The notes under the pieces were generated by a model. The model was not told the origin of the DNA, ran no database searches, and worked only from the letters and a program-made list of their open reading frames with translations. A stretch of 64,000 bases of DNA from Candidatus Uhrbacteria bacterium (GTDB lineage: Bacteria; Patescibacteriota; Patescibacteriia; UBA9934), in contig JABHCP010000011.1 of NCBI GenBank assembly GCA_018673485.1, forward strand, positions 5,417 through 69,416. Direction: 5' to 3'. Below, in pieces: positions 40,299 to 49,914 of this stretch (within the stretch, counting starts at the first letter, position 1; every line of letters starts with the position of its first letter). The position numbers and the translations under genes were made by a program.

Positions 40299-41290
40299 AT
40301 ATGATGAAAGAGAATGGCTACAGGGAAAAAATAGCATCTTATGCCAGATCTGCCATGGACAGGTTTGGTGAAGCTCGTAGGGAAGAAGTTGTAGTCACCG
40401 TACCATATTTAAAGCATGAAAATAGTTTTAGTGAAGCTCGTAGGGAAGAAGTTGTTTTAATGGTCAATGAATCCATTTCAGATGAGATAAGAGGCGCCAG
40501 CAGAGAAGAGCTCGAGACGATGCGTGGCGATTTAGATAAAGAACCATTTATTACAAGTGCGGAGGCGCATGAGCTTTTTATGTGTGACGCTGAAGATGAA
40601 GGGGTCGCTTTAGTTGATACAAAGGCTATTGTTGGAACTGTATCTGGAGCATTTAAAAATTGGGGTGATGAATATCAGTCAAGGAAGGGTCAGGTTGTAG
40701 ATGTTGCCGAATCCCTTATAAGCGGATCAGATGGGGATGTAGAACGGGTTTTTCATATGAATAGTCCGACGGGTGGTGTAAAGCTCAGAAAAATATCTGG
40801 ACCTAGCGGTGATTTATTTTTTTGTATTGATGGAACACATAGAACTGCCAGCGCGAAGTTGGTAAATCTTGGCGAGATGCCAGCCCGTGTTGAAAATGCA
40901 ACAAATCCAGAGTCTGTTAGTACAAGTGATAAATACGTAAAACGTGAATGGGAAGATAGGATCAAAAGAGGGCTCATAAAGGGGCGTATAGAAAAAGACG
41001 AATATGCTGAAGGTCATGATTCATATTCTCTTATCATTGAGTCTCAGGTATTACCTTGGATGGTGCTTTCACGTCACGGAATGAAGAAAATGACACGGGT
41101 ATATTTAGAAAAATATCCAGGATCGTTGGACGACTTAACAACTTTGGATGGTGAAAAAATACCGCCAGAAGCTTTAGTTGATGAGATAGCCATGAATTTT
41201 TTTATTGCAGGGGAGTGGGATGAATATACACGCAGACAAGAAGAGAAGAAGCTTAGAGAAGCAAGGGCTAATGCTAAGAGCGTTGTTTGA
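40295..41290 (+). CDS. Hypothetical protein with ParB/Srx-like motif
   Basis: CIDGTHRTASAK. Confidence 0.55.
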   Translation: MNMMKENGYREKIASYARSAMDRFGEARREEVVVTVPYLKHENSFSEARREEVVLMVNESISDEIRGASREELETMRGDLDKEPFITSAEAHELFMCDAEDEGVALVDTKAIVGTVSGAFKNWGDEYQSRKGQVVDVAESLISGSDGDVERVFHMNSPTGGVKLRKISGPSGDLFFCIDGTHRTASAKLVNLGEMPARVENATNPESVSTSDKYVKREWEDRIKRGLIKGRIEKDEYAEGHDSYSLIIESQVLPWMVLSRHGMKKMTRVYLEKYPGSLDDLTTLDGEKIPPEALVDEIAMNFFIAGEWDEYTRRQEEKKLREARANAKSVV

Positions 41291-41350
41291 CGTTGTGTGC
41301 GGATCTCGCCATTGCATAATTCTAGTTCGATATCGTTATTATCAAGTCAT

Positions 41351-41590
41351 ATGACAGACTGGTCAAGGATTTCCAGAAAAAAACAAACCATGCCTGGCTT
41401 TGTCTGCAAAGCTTTGCTTGAGGGTGGTTTAAGTAATGCATTTCAGCAAAGACCAGCGTATCAACAAAATGATTATCTATCATGGATTAAGCGAGCAAAA
41501 AGAAAGGAGACAACGGAAAAGCGCTTAAACCAACTTATTGAAGAATTGCGAAGTGGGGATACATATATGAACATGTATTGGAAAAAATAA
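41351..41590 (+). CDS. YdeI/OmpD-associated family protein
   Basis: RPAYQQNDYLSWIKRAKRKET..KRL.QL..EL..G..YM.M.W. Confidence 0.8.
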   Translation: MTDWSRISRKKQTMPGFVCKALLEGGLSNAFQQRPAYQQNDYLSWIKRAKRKETTEKRLNQLIEELRSGDTYMNMYWKK

Positions 41591-41593
41591 TAA

Positions 41594-42187
41594 ATGAATA
41601 TGAGTATAGATATAAAGTACTTTGCATTTGATGCGGCTAAGGCCGATAAAAAATGGGACGAACTACTTCCCAATGTTGAGCGGCTTAGAAATCAGGAACC
41701 TGAACGTGGGGGTTCTGAGGAGGATTTTCGCATTCATGATTGGTTGAATAATAGGGATCCAAATCAGCGGGATCGCCATATTCAGTCTCTTGATCTAATG
41801 TTTGGTGATGTCGCCAGCGGAGTGATCGAAGAAGGAAAAAAGGAATACGGATTGGTTGAAATTCTTTCAGAGATTTTTTATAACAACAAAGCCTTCGAGC
41901 CAACGCGGGACTTAATTCTGAAAACTGCTGACATAACAGAGGAGCAGAAGGCATCAGCGGTCGAGGCGATCAAACAAGAGTTTGATTGTAATGATGACGA
42001 CGCACTCTACTTTCTAAGTCTCTACATTGTAGACACATCTGCGGTAGCGCGATCGCTTAAAGCAAATCCAAACTTTTTCTTCATTGTAGAAACAAACGGC
42101 GAAGTGCACTCAGCCGACCCAAGATCTAAAACTATGCTCAATGAAAGACTGGAAAGTTTACGAAATAAAATAGAAAAAGCAACTTAG
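41594..42187 (+). CDS. Hypothetical protein
   Basis: 197-aa ORF. Confidence 0.55.
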   Translation: MNMSIDIKYFAFDAAKADKKWDELLPNVERLRNQEPERGGSEEDFRIHDWLNNRDPNQRDRHIQSLDLMFGDVASGVIEEGKKEYGLVEILSEIFYNNKAFEPTRDLILKTADITEEQKASAVEAIKQEFDCNDDDALYFLSLYIVDTSAVARSLKANPNFFFIVETNGEVHSADPRSKTMLNERLESLRNKIEKAT

Positions 42188-42209
42188 GCCTGTGATATAA
42201 TCTCTTCAT

Positions 42210-42491
42210 ATGAAAATATCAAAAGTCACCATCATCTCAATAGTACTATCCATAATTCTAGCGTCTCTGTCGACCCTCATAACAAAGGCCTACATTCTCA
42301 TTGAAGGAATGGAGGGGTATACCACCATGGGATTTCCGTTTGCGATGTTTACAGATCATTGGACTGATGTTGATGTGTTGAACAGTTTAGATATTCACTA
42401 TTTGGGAATCTTGGGGAATCTAGCTATTTATTTTGTTCTTGTGTTCGTCCTACTGAGCCTCATAAATAAGTACGGAGCGAAAAAATCATAA
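42210..42491 (+). CDS. Small membrane protein
   Basis: Two TM segments, GFPF motif, extended -10 upstream. Confidence 0.6.
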   Translation: MKISKVTIISIVLSIILASLSTLITKAYILIEGMEGYTTMGFPFAMFTDHWTDVDVLNSLDIHYLGILGNLAIYFVLVFVLLSLINKYGAKKS

Positions 42492-42506
42492 ATACAATCG
42501 ACAGTT

Positions 42507-43124
42507 ATGACCAAGCCTCAAAAAGAAAAGAAAGCCAACGAACCTAAGAAGTCCAAAAAGAAACTTGCGATAGCGGGGGGATGCTGTGGGATCGCCTTTG
42601 TAATATTTATTGCAGCGATGGTTCTCCTCACCGTACTCATGAGTCAAACATACTGGCCAAATGAAAATCTAGATGAGGTAGAATGGGTGCAATATGAAAA
42701 CTCCAACCTGGGAATCATTATGGACATTCCGAGTACATTTGACTACTTTGGAGGGTCTTACAGCAAGTCTTCATATGATGGCGAAGAATATTTCTACTCA
42801 AACAAAGTAGACGTTTGGTTTCAAGGTGAAACTATAGACGACAAAGGAATAGTTGAGACATATAGACAGTCAATGCAAATCACTGCTCATAATGGAGAAT
42901 TGCAACCATATGAATACGTGCCTCGTTTTTGCTCTTCAACGAAAGGTTGTCGAGACACAGATCAGGGAGACCTTTATACCCGTCCTGTACTGTATTTCAC
43001 CTTCAACAAAGACGGGCGGCGTGTTGATGTTCGGTTCGTAGGAAACTACGAACTCGACCCGATCGAAAAGATTATCTTGGACTCGATCGTAATAACAGAA
43101 GCAACCTTAGCCCCAACGGAATAA
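42507..43124 (+). CDS. Membrane-anchored hypothetical protein
   Basis: Basic N-terminus plus single TM. Confidence 0.6.
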   Translation: MTKPQKEKKANEPKKSKKKLAIAGGCCGIAFVIFIAAMVLLTVLMSQTYWPNENLDEVEWVQYENSNLGIIMDIPSTFDYFGGSYSKSSYDGEEYFYSNKVDVWFQGETIDDKGIVETYRQSMQITAHNGELQPYEYVPRFCSSTKGCRDTDQGDLYTRPVLYFTFNKDGRRVDVRFVGNYELDPIEKIILDSIVITEATLAPTE

Positions 43125-43250
43125 ATAAAACCACCAAAAGAGCTCGCACTTAACGCGAGCTCTTTTGTTTATTTCAACTAATCAATATTGACAAAAACCC
43201 ATTTCACCGGTAAGTTTTCCCTGAATTCGGACTCTCACATGGAGGTGAAC

Positions 43251-43985
43251 ATGTCCATTCATATCGGGGCCGAGAAGGGGCAGATTGCTTCCATCGTCCT
43301 CATGCCTGGTGACCCTATCCGAGCCCACTTCATCGCCGAGTACTTGTTCGGTCAGGGCGTCGAGCCAGTCCACAACGTCCGTGCGAACCCGTGCTTCACA
43401 GGCAGGGTAACACGCGATGGCGTGGAGCTCGAGGTCTCGGTTCAGGCGTCAGGCATGGGCATGCCTACTCTAGGCATCTACGCTACCGAGCTCTACGATG
43501 AGTTCGGCGTGAAGATCATCATCCGCGTCGGCACCTTCGGCATCATGCAAGCGGATCTGAAGCCTCGTGACCTGGCACTCGCCCAGTGCGCAAGTACGGA
43601 TGCGAGCTTCATCAGCCTTGAGTTCGGTGGTCGGAACTTTGCGCCTGGCGCAAACCCGGAACTCCTGTTCAACGCTCAGCTCGCTGCTCGCGACAAGGGG
43701 TGGAAGGTTCGTGCTGGCAACATCCTCAGCTCGGACTACTTCTACCACAAGCGCGACCCGGATGCCTGGAAGCTCTGGCAGAGCTACGGTGTGCTCGGTG
43801 TCGAGATGGAAGCCGCACGGCTCTACACCCTCGCCGCAGAAAGGGAGGGTTGTCGCGCCCTTGCCGTGCTCACGGCAAGTGATCATCTCGAAACCAATGA
43901 ACAGATGAGCGCTGATGAACGCGCCACCTGCTTCCCACGCATGGTCGAGCTCGCACTTGCGAGCGCGATACCACTCTACCGCTGA
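43251..43985 (+). CDS. deoD: Purine nucleoside phosphorylase, DeoD type (GC-rich)
   Basis: MSIHI, VLMPGDP.RA, GMGMP, IIRVGT, SSD.FY, VEMEAA, SDHL; GGAGG RBS; TTGACA at 43188. Confidence 0.93.
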   Translation: MSIHIGAEKGQIASIVLMPGDPIRAHFIAEYLFGQGVEPVHNVRANPCFTGRVTRDGVELEVSVQASGMGMPTLGIYATELYDEFGVKIIIRVGTFGIMQADLKPRDLALAQCASTDASFISLEFGGRNFAPGANPELLFNAQLAARDKGWKVRAGNILSSDYFYHKRDPDAWKLWQSYGVLGVEMEAARLYTLAAEREGCRALAVLTASDHLETNEQMSADERATCFPRMVELALASAIPLYR

Positions 43986-44115
43986 TTCTTGACCGACCTG
44001 CTGATCTTCCGCCTTGCTCCTCGAGCTGGGCGGGCTTTTGCTTTAAAATATCGCAACATCTGCACAAGTATTCAGATTAGTGCTATTATTAGATCATTAA
44101 ACATTGAATTATATT

Positions 44116-44181
44116 ATGGCTAAAGGAAAGAATGCTCGTAAAGAGGTGAAGAAACCAAAAAAGAGCGCAAAGAAGAAGTAA
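44116..44181 (+). CDS. 21-aa Lys-rich peptide upstream of ABC-F
   Basis: MAKGKNARKEVKKPKKSAKKK followed by hairpin and U-tract. Confidence 0.5.
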   Translation: MAKGKNARKEVKKPKKSAKKK

Positions 44182-44268
44182 AAGTATTGGATCGTGAAGC
44201 GACGCAGGAGAACCTCGTCGTTTTTCTTTTTCGACAAATCATCGATTATTTGATAGATTCTGTTCACT

Positions 44269-46062
44269 ATGGCGCAGCCTTTACTCGAAGTTAATGGCGT
44301 TTCAAAGACCTACGGAAAGCAGGTTGTTCTTAACGATATCTCTTTTCAGATAGCCCAAGGAAAAAAGATTGCACTAATTGGCCGCAACGGAGCAGGGAAG
44401 TCAACTTTGTTGAAAATTCTAATCGATGAAGTTGAAGCTGATACGGGTAGCGTAAAATTATTTGACTGGACAAGAGTCGGTGTCATTCATCAAAATGAAG
44501 TTTTACCAACAAACAAATCATCCTTGGAGTATTTAGAAGAGCTAAGCGCCAAGCCTTCATGGGAAGTGCGTAAATTAGGAGCCAAGTTTGGCCTGCACGA
44601 TGATCACCTCACAAAATCACCCGGACAGCTCTCAGGGGGCTACCAGATGCGAATAAAGCTAACTGGAATGTTTTTGCAAGACCCGAACTTATTGTTCTTG
44701 GACGAGCCTGTCAACTATCTGGACTTGCAAACTATTTTATTGCTTGAAAATGTTTTAGCTGACTACAAGGGCAGTTTTGTTCTTGTAGCGCATGACCGAA
44801 CTTTTCTGCAAAACACTTGTGATGCGGTTTATGAGATTGAACGCGGAAAACTCACAACGTACAATGGTGACATCCAATCATTTTTAAAATGGAAGCAGGA
44901 GCAAGCCGAATTCACACTTCGCACGAATAAAAAGCTAGTAAAAGAAATGAAGCATCATCAAAAATTTGTTGATCGTTTTGGTTCAAAGGCAAGCTTGGCC
45001 AGCCGAGCACAGAATAAGGTGAAGCATATTTCACGACTTCGATCGAAAATTGTAAAAATAGATGTCGACCTCGCAACTACCAATATTTACATTCCTTCAA
45101 AAGAAGCACACCCCGGTGTTGCTTTGCATGTTGAAGATTTGTCCATCGGATATGAAGAGAATGTACTGAGTAAAGACATATCATTTAGTATCAATCGTGG
45201 CGAGAAGGTGGTAATAGTTGGTGAAAACGGAGCAGGGAAGTCAACACTACTGAAAAGCATCGTTGGGAAAATCAAACCACTGAGCGGTGAGGTTAAATGG
45301 TGGAAACATTCAAGTGTTGGATATTACGACCAGTTAACAAGCTCATCACTTGATGACCGTAATACCGTACTCGATCACCTAACTGAAAGTGCCGATAGTG
45401 CAACATCAGCTGAGCAAATACTCATGATGGCAGGAAACTTCTTATTTAAAGGTGACGACTTGGATAAGCGAGTCAACGTTCTGTCAGGTGGTGAACGTGC
45501 ACGGCTCGCACTCGCCGGCGTGCTTTTGAAAACTCACAATGTTCTGATTTTGGACGAGCCCACCAACCACATGGATGTTGAAACTACTGACGGGTTAGCG
45601 CTAGCACTCAAAAACTATAAAGGCACGGTTATATTTGTTTCGCATGCCCGAACTTTCGTAAGTACACTAGTTGATCGAATCATCGAGGTTCGACACGAGT
45701 CAGTTCGAGAATACATGGGAACTTACGATGAGCATGTTGAAAATGTGATGGAGTTGATGCGCGAGGATGTAAGTGATGCAAATTCAGACTTATCAGATGA
45801 GGGTAAAAGTGGAGATCAAGCATCGCGCAAAGAAAATTATGCGCTAGTAAAAGAAAAGCAACGTGAGCTAAAACGAATCGACGCTCAAATTCAAGTGTTC
45901 GAGTTGGAAAAAAGCGACATTCTAAAATTCTTTTTCGAAAATCCCACAGACTACTCACCACCCCGAGCCCAACGACTAGGACAACTAAAAGATGAACTAG
46001 AAGCAATTGAGAGTAAATGGGTGAAAATTTCAGAAGAGATCGAAGCTCTTAGACAAAACTAA
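44269..46062 (+). CDS. ABC-F family ATPase
   Basis: Two ABC domains (GRNGAGKST, LSGG, DEP), no TM, C-terminal coiled coil. Confidence 0.93.
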   Translation: MAQPLLEVNGVSKTYGKQVVLNDISFQIAQGKKIALIGRNGAGKSTLLKILIDEVEADTGSVKLFDWTRVGVIHQNEVLPTNKSSLEYLEELSAKPSWEVRKLGAKFGLHDDHLTKSPGQLSGGYQMRIKLTGMFLQDPNLLFLDEPVNYLDLQTILLLENVLADYKGSFVLVAHDRTFLQNTCDAVYEIERGKLTTYNGDIQSFLKWKQEQAEFTLRTNKKLVKEMKHHQKFVDRFGSKASLASRAQNKVKHISRLRSKIVKIDVDLATTNIYIPSKEAHPGVALHVEDLSIGYEENVLSKDISFSINRGEKVVIVGENGAGKSTLLKSIVGKIKPLSGEVKWWKHSSVGYYDQLTSSSLDDRNTVLDHLTESADSATSAEQILMMAGNFLFKGDDLDKRVNVLSGGERARLALAGVLLKTHNVLILDEPTNHMDVETTDGLALALKNYKGTVIFVSHARTFVSTLVDRIIEVRHESVREYMGTYDEHVENVMELMREDVSDANSDLSDEGKSGDQASRKENYALVKEKQRELKRIDAQIQVFELEKSDILKFFFENPTDYSPPRAQRLGQLKDELEAIESKWVKISEEIEALRQN

Positions 46063-46109
46063 AGATAAAAACAACTCAATATCATCTCGGCTTCGTTGAA
46101 ACTACAATT

Positions 46110-46229
46110 TTTTTCACTTATGTCCCGATCGGGACATAAGTGAAAAATTACATATTCGATACGATCGCCTCAAATATGTAATATTTTGACTTCACTTAAG
46201 GTCCGATCGGACCTTATGTGAAGTCAAAA
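46110..46229. repeat. Three tandem CGATCG-centred palindromes
   Basis: 46110-46147 perfect 38 bp; 46148-46181 imperfect; 46184-46229 46 bp with one mismatch. Confidence 0.85.
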
Positions 46230-46301
46230 GGAAACTCCAATATTGAAAAACGAGAGTTTCCTATAAAAAACAAGCGGTTTTATACCGCTTGTTTTTTTAA
46301 T

Positions 46302-46955
46302 TTACTTTTTCTTTGGTGCCGGCTTCTTCTTTGCTACTGACTTTTTAGCAGGCTTTTTCTTAGCAGGCTTCTTTGGTGCCGGCTTCTTTACTGCTGGCTT
46401 CTTTTCCTTTTTTGGTTTCACTTCTTTCTTAGCTTTCTTTTCAGCTTTCTCAAGCTTCTTAACTTCCTCTTTCTGAACTTCTACCTCGATCTCATCCTCA
46501 TCAAAGTCGTCAGCGTAAAGCTCATCTTCAACTTCAGAGATTGCTCCAGTAAGCTCAGTTAGAAGCTTGATCATGTGATCCATCTTCACAACCATTGTCT
46601 TTAGGTGCTTTTCTACCTCCTTACCACCTGAATCTGGTGCTGGTCGCTGTCCTCGTGACCGGTCATCTCGTCGTGGTCGGTCAGAACCTCTAGATCGGTC
46701 ATTGTCTCGGCCTCGATCTCTATCACCACCCTCATCATCTCTTACGAAACAATCAGAACAGTAAATTGGCTTTCGACCGTTTGGCTTAAATGGAACTTCG
46801 CATGAAGTATTACACTTCGCACACGTTGCAGGATGCATCTGTGGTCGATCGTTTCCGTAACCACCTCGATCAGAACCACGGTTAGAACCACCACCTCTAG
46901 AGTTGCCTCCGCCTCTCCAGTTATCAAAACTCGAATCATTATTGTAATTTCCCAT
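46302..46955 (-). CDS. CxxC-x17-CxxC domain protein with RG-rich and PAKK regions
   Basis: CAKCNTSCEVPFKPNGRKPIYCSDCF. Confidence 0.85.
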   Translation of the reverse strand: MGNYNNDSSFDNWRGGGNSRGGGSNRGSDRGGYGNDRPQMHPATCAKCNTSCEVPFKPNGRKPIYCSDCFVRDDEGGDRDRGRDNDRSRGSDRPRRDDRSRGQRPAPDSGGKEVEKHLKTMVVKMDHMIKLLTELTGAISEVEDELYADDFDEDEIEVEVQKEEVKKLEKAEKKAKKEVKPKKEKKPAVKKPAPKKPAKKKPAKKSVAKKKPAPKKK

Positions 46956-46962
46956 ATATTTT

Positions 46963-48420
46963 TTATTTCTTTAGCTTGGACAGGTCTATTGTTTGATTAA
47001 ATTGAATCTGTTTAACAAAGTCTTGCGCGTGACTTACTACTATCAGACACCCTTCATAATTATCTAGTGCGCGAGCGATGACTGGCAGATGCCGGAAGTT
47101 GATGTGATTAGTCGGCTCATCAAAGATTAACAGTCCAGGCTCTTGAAGCACGAATCGAGCAAAGCACAGTAATCCTTTTTGACCTTCGGACAATGCGCCA
47201 ACTGGAGTCGCAAGCGCCGCACCTCCGAGCAAGAACTTGGCACCAGTGTGCCGAATCACTTGATCGTCTGGTTCGTGCATCATTGAGGCAAGGGAAGCAT
47301 ATGCGGTCTGTTCGAAGTCGAGTCCAGAAAAGTCCTGCTTGTAGTATCCAACTTTCACATCCTCTGCGATAACCGCATGTGGATCCTCGCGGGAGTCCAG
47401 CGCACGTAACAGAGTGCTTTTACCAATTCCATTTGGGCCCTCGATTAATACATGATCATCTTTTCTGAAACTGATCTCTACATTAGCTAGGTGGGCTTCA
47501 TGGTTTTCGATAACCTTGACCTGAGTCAGATCAACAACGCTACCTTTAACGTCCTGCGCGGGAATACTAAAGTCTCCGATTGTTCTGTCATCACGTCGCA
47601 CACCGACCATGCTTGACTCTGCCTCAGCTACCTCGTCTCGAAGTTTACTGGCGAGCTTTCTCATTTTTCCACCTTTGTGTGCAAAAAAGTTAATCTTATC
47701 CTTTCTGTCTTGGATTGTTTTGAGCAACTGAGCATTCTTGGCGCGATCACGCTCAACACGTGCAGAAATCTCCTCCACAACATCAGTATAATTACCATCA
47801 TACTTGTCGATTTTCTTATTGTATACATCAAGGTGCAAAACCCCTTCTGTAAAACTGTTTAGAAAATCAGCATCATGAGAAATAACTAACGCTGTTTTTG
47901 GATACATGATCAAAAAGACTGTAAGATGATCAATTCCATCGCGATCAAGATTGTTCGTCGGCTCGTCAAGCAACAAAATGTCTGGCTCCTGAATCAATGC
48001 GTAGGCAAGCAACAGTCGAGCCTGTTGGCCACCGGACAATTCACCCACGACCTTATCAAGCTTAGTGTTGAAGTTTACAACTTCGAGGACATCTGCAATT
48101 CGTTTATCAAGATTATGAGGAACTTCTTCAAAAGACTGGGCAAAATATTCACGCACGGTCCGTTCTAAATCCTCACGCAACATTACCTGCTTGGTTGCAG
48201 CGATGGTTGCATCTTTTGAGAAATGGATCTGACCTTTGTCAGGTTTGAGCTCTCCAGTGATCAATTTAAAGATCGTACTTTTTCCGGCACCGTTTTGACC
48301 CATAAGTGTCAGCTTTGCATCTTCACGTACAGAAAAACAAGCCTCTTTCAAAAGTGGTTTTTCTGTTACATAACCGAAGGTTACATCTTCAAAACGTACA
48401 CTTACTTTTCCTTGTGCCAT
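46963..48420 (-). CDS. ABC-F family ATPase
   Basis: GQNGAGKST, LSGGQ, DEPTN, GPNGIGKST, LSEGQ; start at MAQGK. Confidence 0.92.
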   Translation of the reverse strand: MAQGKVSVRFEDVTFGYVTEKPLLKEACFSVREDAKLTLMGQNGAGKSTIFKLITGELKPDKGQIHFSKDATIAATKQVMLREDLERTVREYFAQSFEEVPHNLDKRIADVLEVVNFNTKLDKVVGELSGGQQARLLLAYALIQEPDILLLDEPTNNLDRDGIDHLTVFLIMYPKTALVISHDADFLNSFTEGVLHLDVYNKKIDKYDGNYTDVVEEISARVERDRAKNAQLLKTIQDRKDKINFFAHKGGKMRKLASKLRDEVAEAESSMVGVRRDDRTIGDFSIPAQDVKGSVVDLTQVKVIENHEAHLANVEISFRKDDHVLIEGPNGIGKSTLLRALDSREDPHAVIAEDVKVGYYKQDFSGLDFEQTAYASLASMMHEPDDQVIRHTGAKFLLGGAALATPVGALSEGQKGLLCFARFVLQEPGLLIFDEPTNHINFRHLPVIARALDNYEGCLIVVSHAQDFVKQIQFNQTIDLSKLKK

Positions 48421-48597
48421 AGCAGCGCAATGTATACCACATAATCCAGATGATTGCAATAGCAATACCCACATCGACAACTCTCAATAGTTAGCTAAAC
48501 TTAGGGGGTTTAGCCTTAAAATATGATATTATCAATCTATCGAAAAACATTATCTTTCCATACCCTTAATTTAACAATAAATATGCGTGATAAGCAG

Positions 48598-49914
48598 ATG
48601 CGTTCAAAGTACTTTTTGAAAACGTCATTGGCAATTTTTGTCTTGGTCGTCATTTCATCTTTTGGGTCACTAAAACAGGCGATTGGATCCGCAGATTGCT
48701 GGAATATACACATGGTCGATCAATATGCGCTATGTAGTCAGGCTGACCTTCAGTGCTCGTATGACTGCATGGATCTTGGGGTACAAGGCGATGAGCTCTA
48801 TGCATGTTGGGACGCATGTGAAGTATCTCGAGCGGCGTGCACTGCGCAAGCCATCGCTGATCACTCAGCATGCGTGTATGGGCCAAGCGAGCCTGAACCT
48901 GAAGCGGTCGAGATAATCGAATATGCAGAACCTGAGATAGAGGTTTATGAATTAATTGAAGAACCCGTAGCAACCGAGCCCGAGGAGCTAGAAGAAGAGG
49001 TGATAGTGCAAGAACCTATTCTCGAGCCTGCTTTAGAAATTCTAGAGACCCCAGAGCAGCCCGAACTTTTTGAGTCAGAAGATGATTTAATAGATGCCAT
49101 TCAATCGAATGAAGAATATCAAGAAGCGCAGGCAGAGCTCGCTGGCACAAATCAGTATGATGTTGAGCTAATCACTGGGGATGTTTTTGGTGAAGATGTT
49201 GTAGATGCCTTGGATCAAGTTAAACAAGATCTCAATCTTACTCCAGAGCAAGAAAAAACAGCTGATGATTATCTGCAGATGTCACGATCAGGACTTGAGA
49301 CTATTCAAGATATGGCGAGTAGGTATAAAGATATTAGTGAATTCAATGACACTATTGAGTTAATCAAAAAAGGTGAACATGGTAAGTATAATAAGCTTGG
49401 CCTACTAACTGACACAGTCAAAACTCTTGTCGACTATGCAGACATGCGAGATAAAGGGGTGTCAGTTGAAAACGCTACAGCAAAAGCGACAATGGATAAT
49501 TTTGGTACCAGCCTTGTAACACTCATCCCTGTTCTAAAAGCAATTGACGTAGTCGCAACAACACCAGATGCTGTTATGGGATACCTTGGAATTGATAAGG
49601 ATAACTTCATACGCAAATACATCACCGCAGGTTTTATAAAAAAATTCGCACCGAGCGATGTGATAAAAGAAACTACAAATTTAATGATTCAAGATGACTG
49701 GTCAGACATCGGCAACGCACTTACTCATGGTTGGAATCAGGTGGTAGATGCTGAAGGATTCGTCGATACCACATTTGAATCTGGTAAATTACTCGCAGGT
49801 AGCTTAGGTGCCGCTGCAGTCGCATCAGTTAGTGTAGTACGCGATGTAGGTACAGGTGTAGTTTACATTGCCGATGCAGTCGTAGGTTTTGTTGGAAACA
49901 TATTCTCATTCTAA
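48598..49914 (+). CDS. Secreted hypothetical protein with Cys-rich N-domain and acidic Pro/Glu linker
   Basis: Signal/TM, 8 Cys, EPE repeats; start uncertain. Confidence 0.6.
   Translation: MRSKYFLKTSLAIFVLVVISSFGSLKQAIGSADCWNIHMVDQYALCSQADLQCSYDCMDLGVQGDELYACWDACEVSRAACTAQAIADHSACVYGPSEPEPEAVEIIEYAEPEIEVYELIEEPVATEPEELEEEVIVQEPILEPALEILETPEQPELFESEDDLIDAIQSNEEYQEAQAELAGTNQYDVELITGDVFGEDVVDALDQVKQDLNLTPEQEKTADDYLQMSRSGLETIQDMASRYKDISEFNDTIELIKKGEHGKYNKLGLLTDTVKTLVDYADMRDKGVSVENATAKATMDNFGTSLVTLIPVLKAIDVVATTPDAVMGYLGIDKDNFIRKYITAGFIKKFAPSDVIKETTNLMIQDDWSDIGNALTHGWNQVVDAEGFVDTTFESGKLLAGSLGAAAVASVSVVRDVGTGVVYIADAVVGFVGNIFSF

Noticed and set aside
43470-43908. Multiple overlapping ORFs in GC-rich islets (also 11179-11593 and 51651-52346)
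   Set aside because: Expected from stop-codon scarcity in high-GC3 genes.
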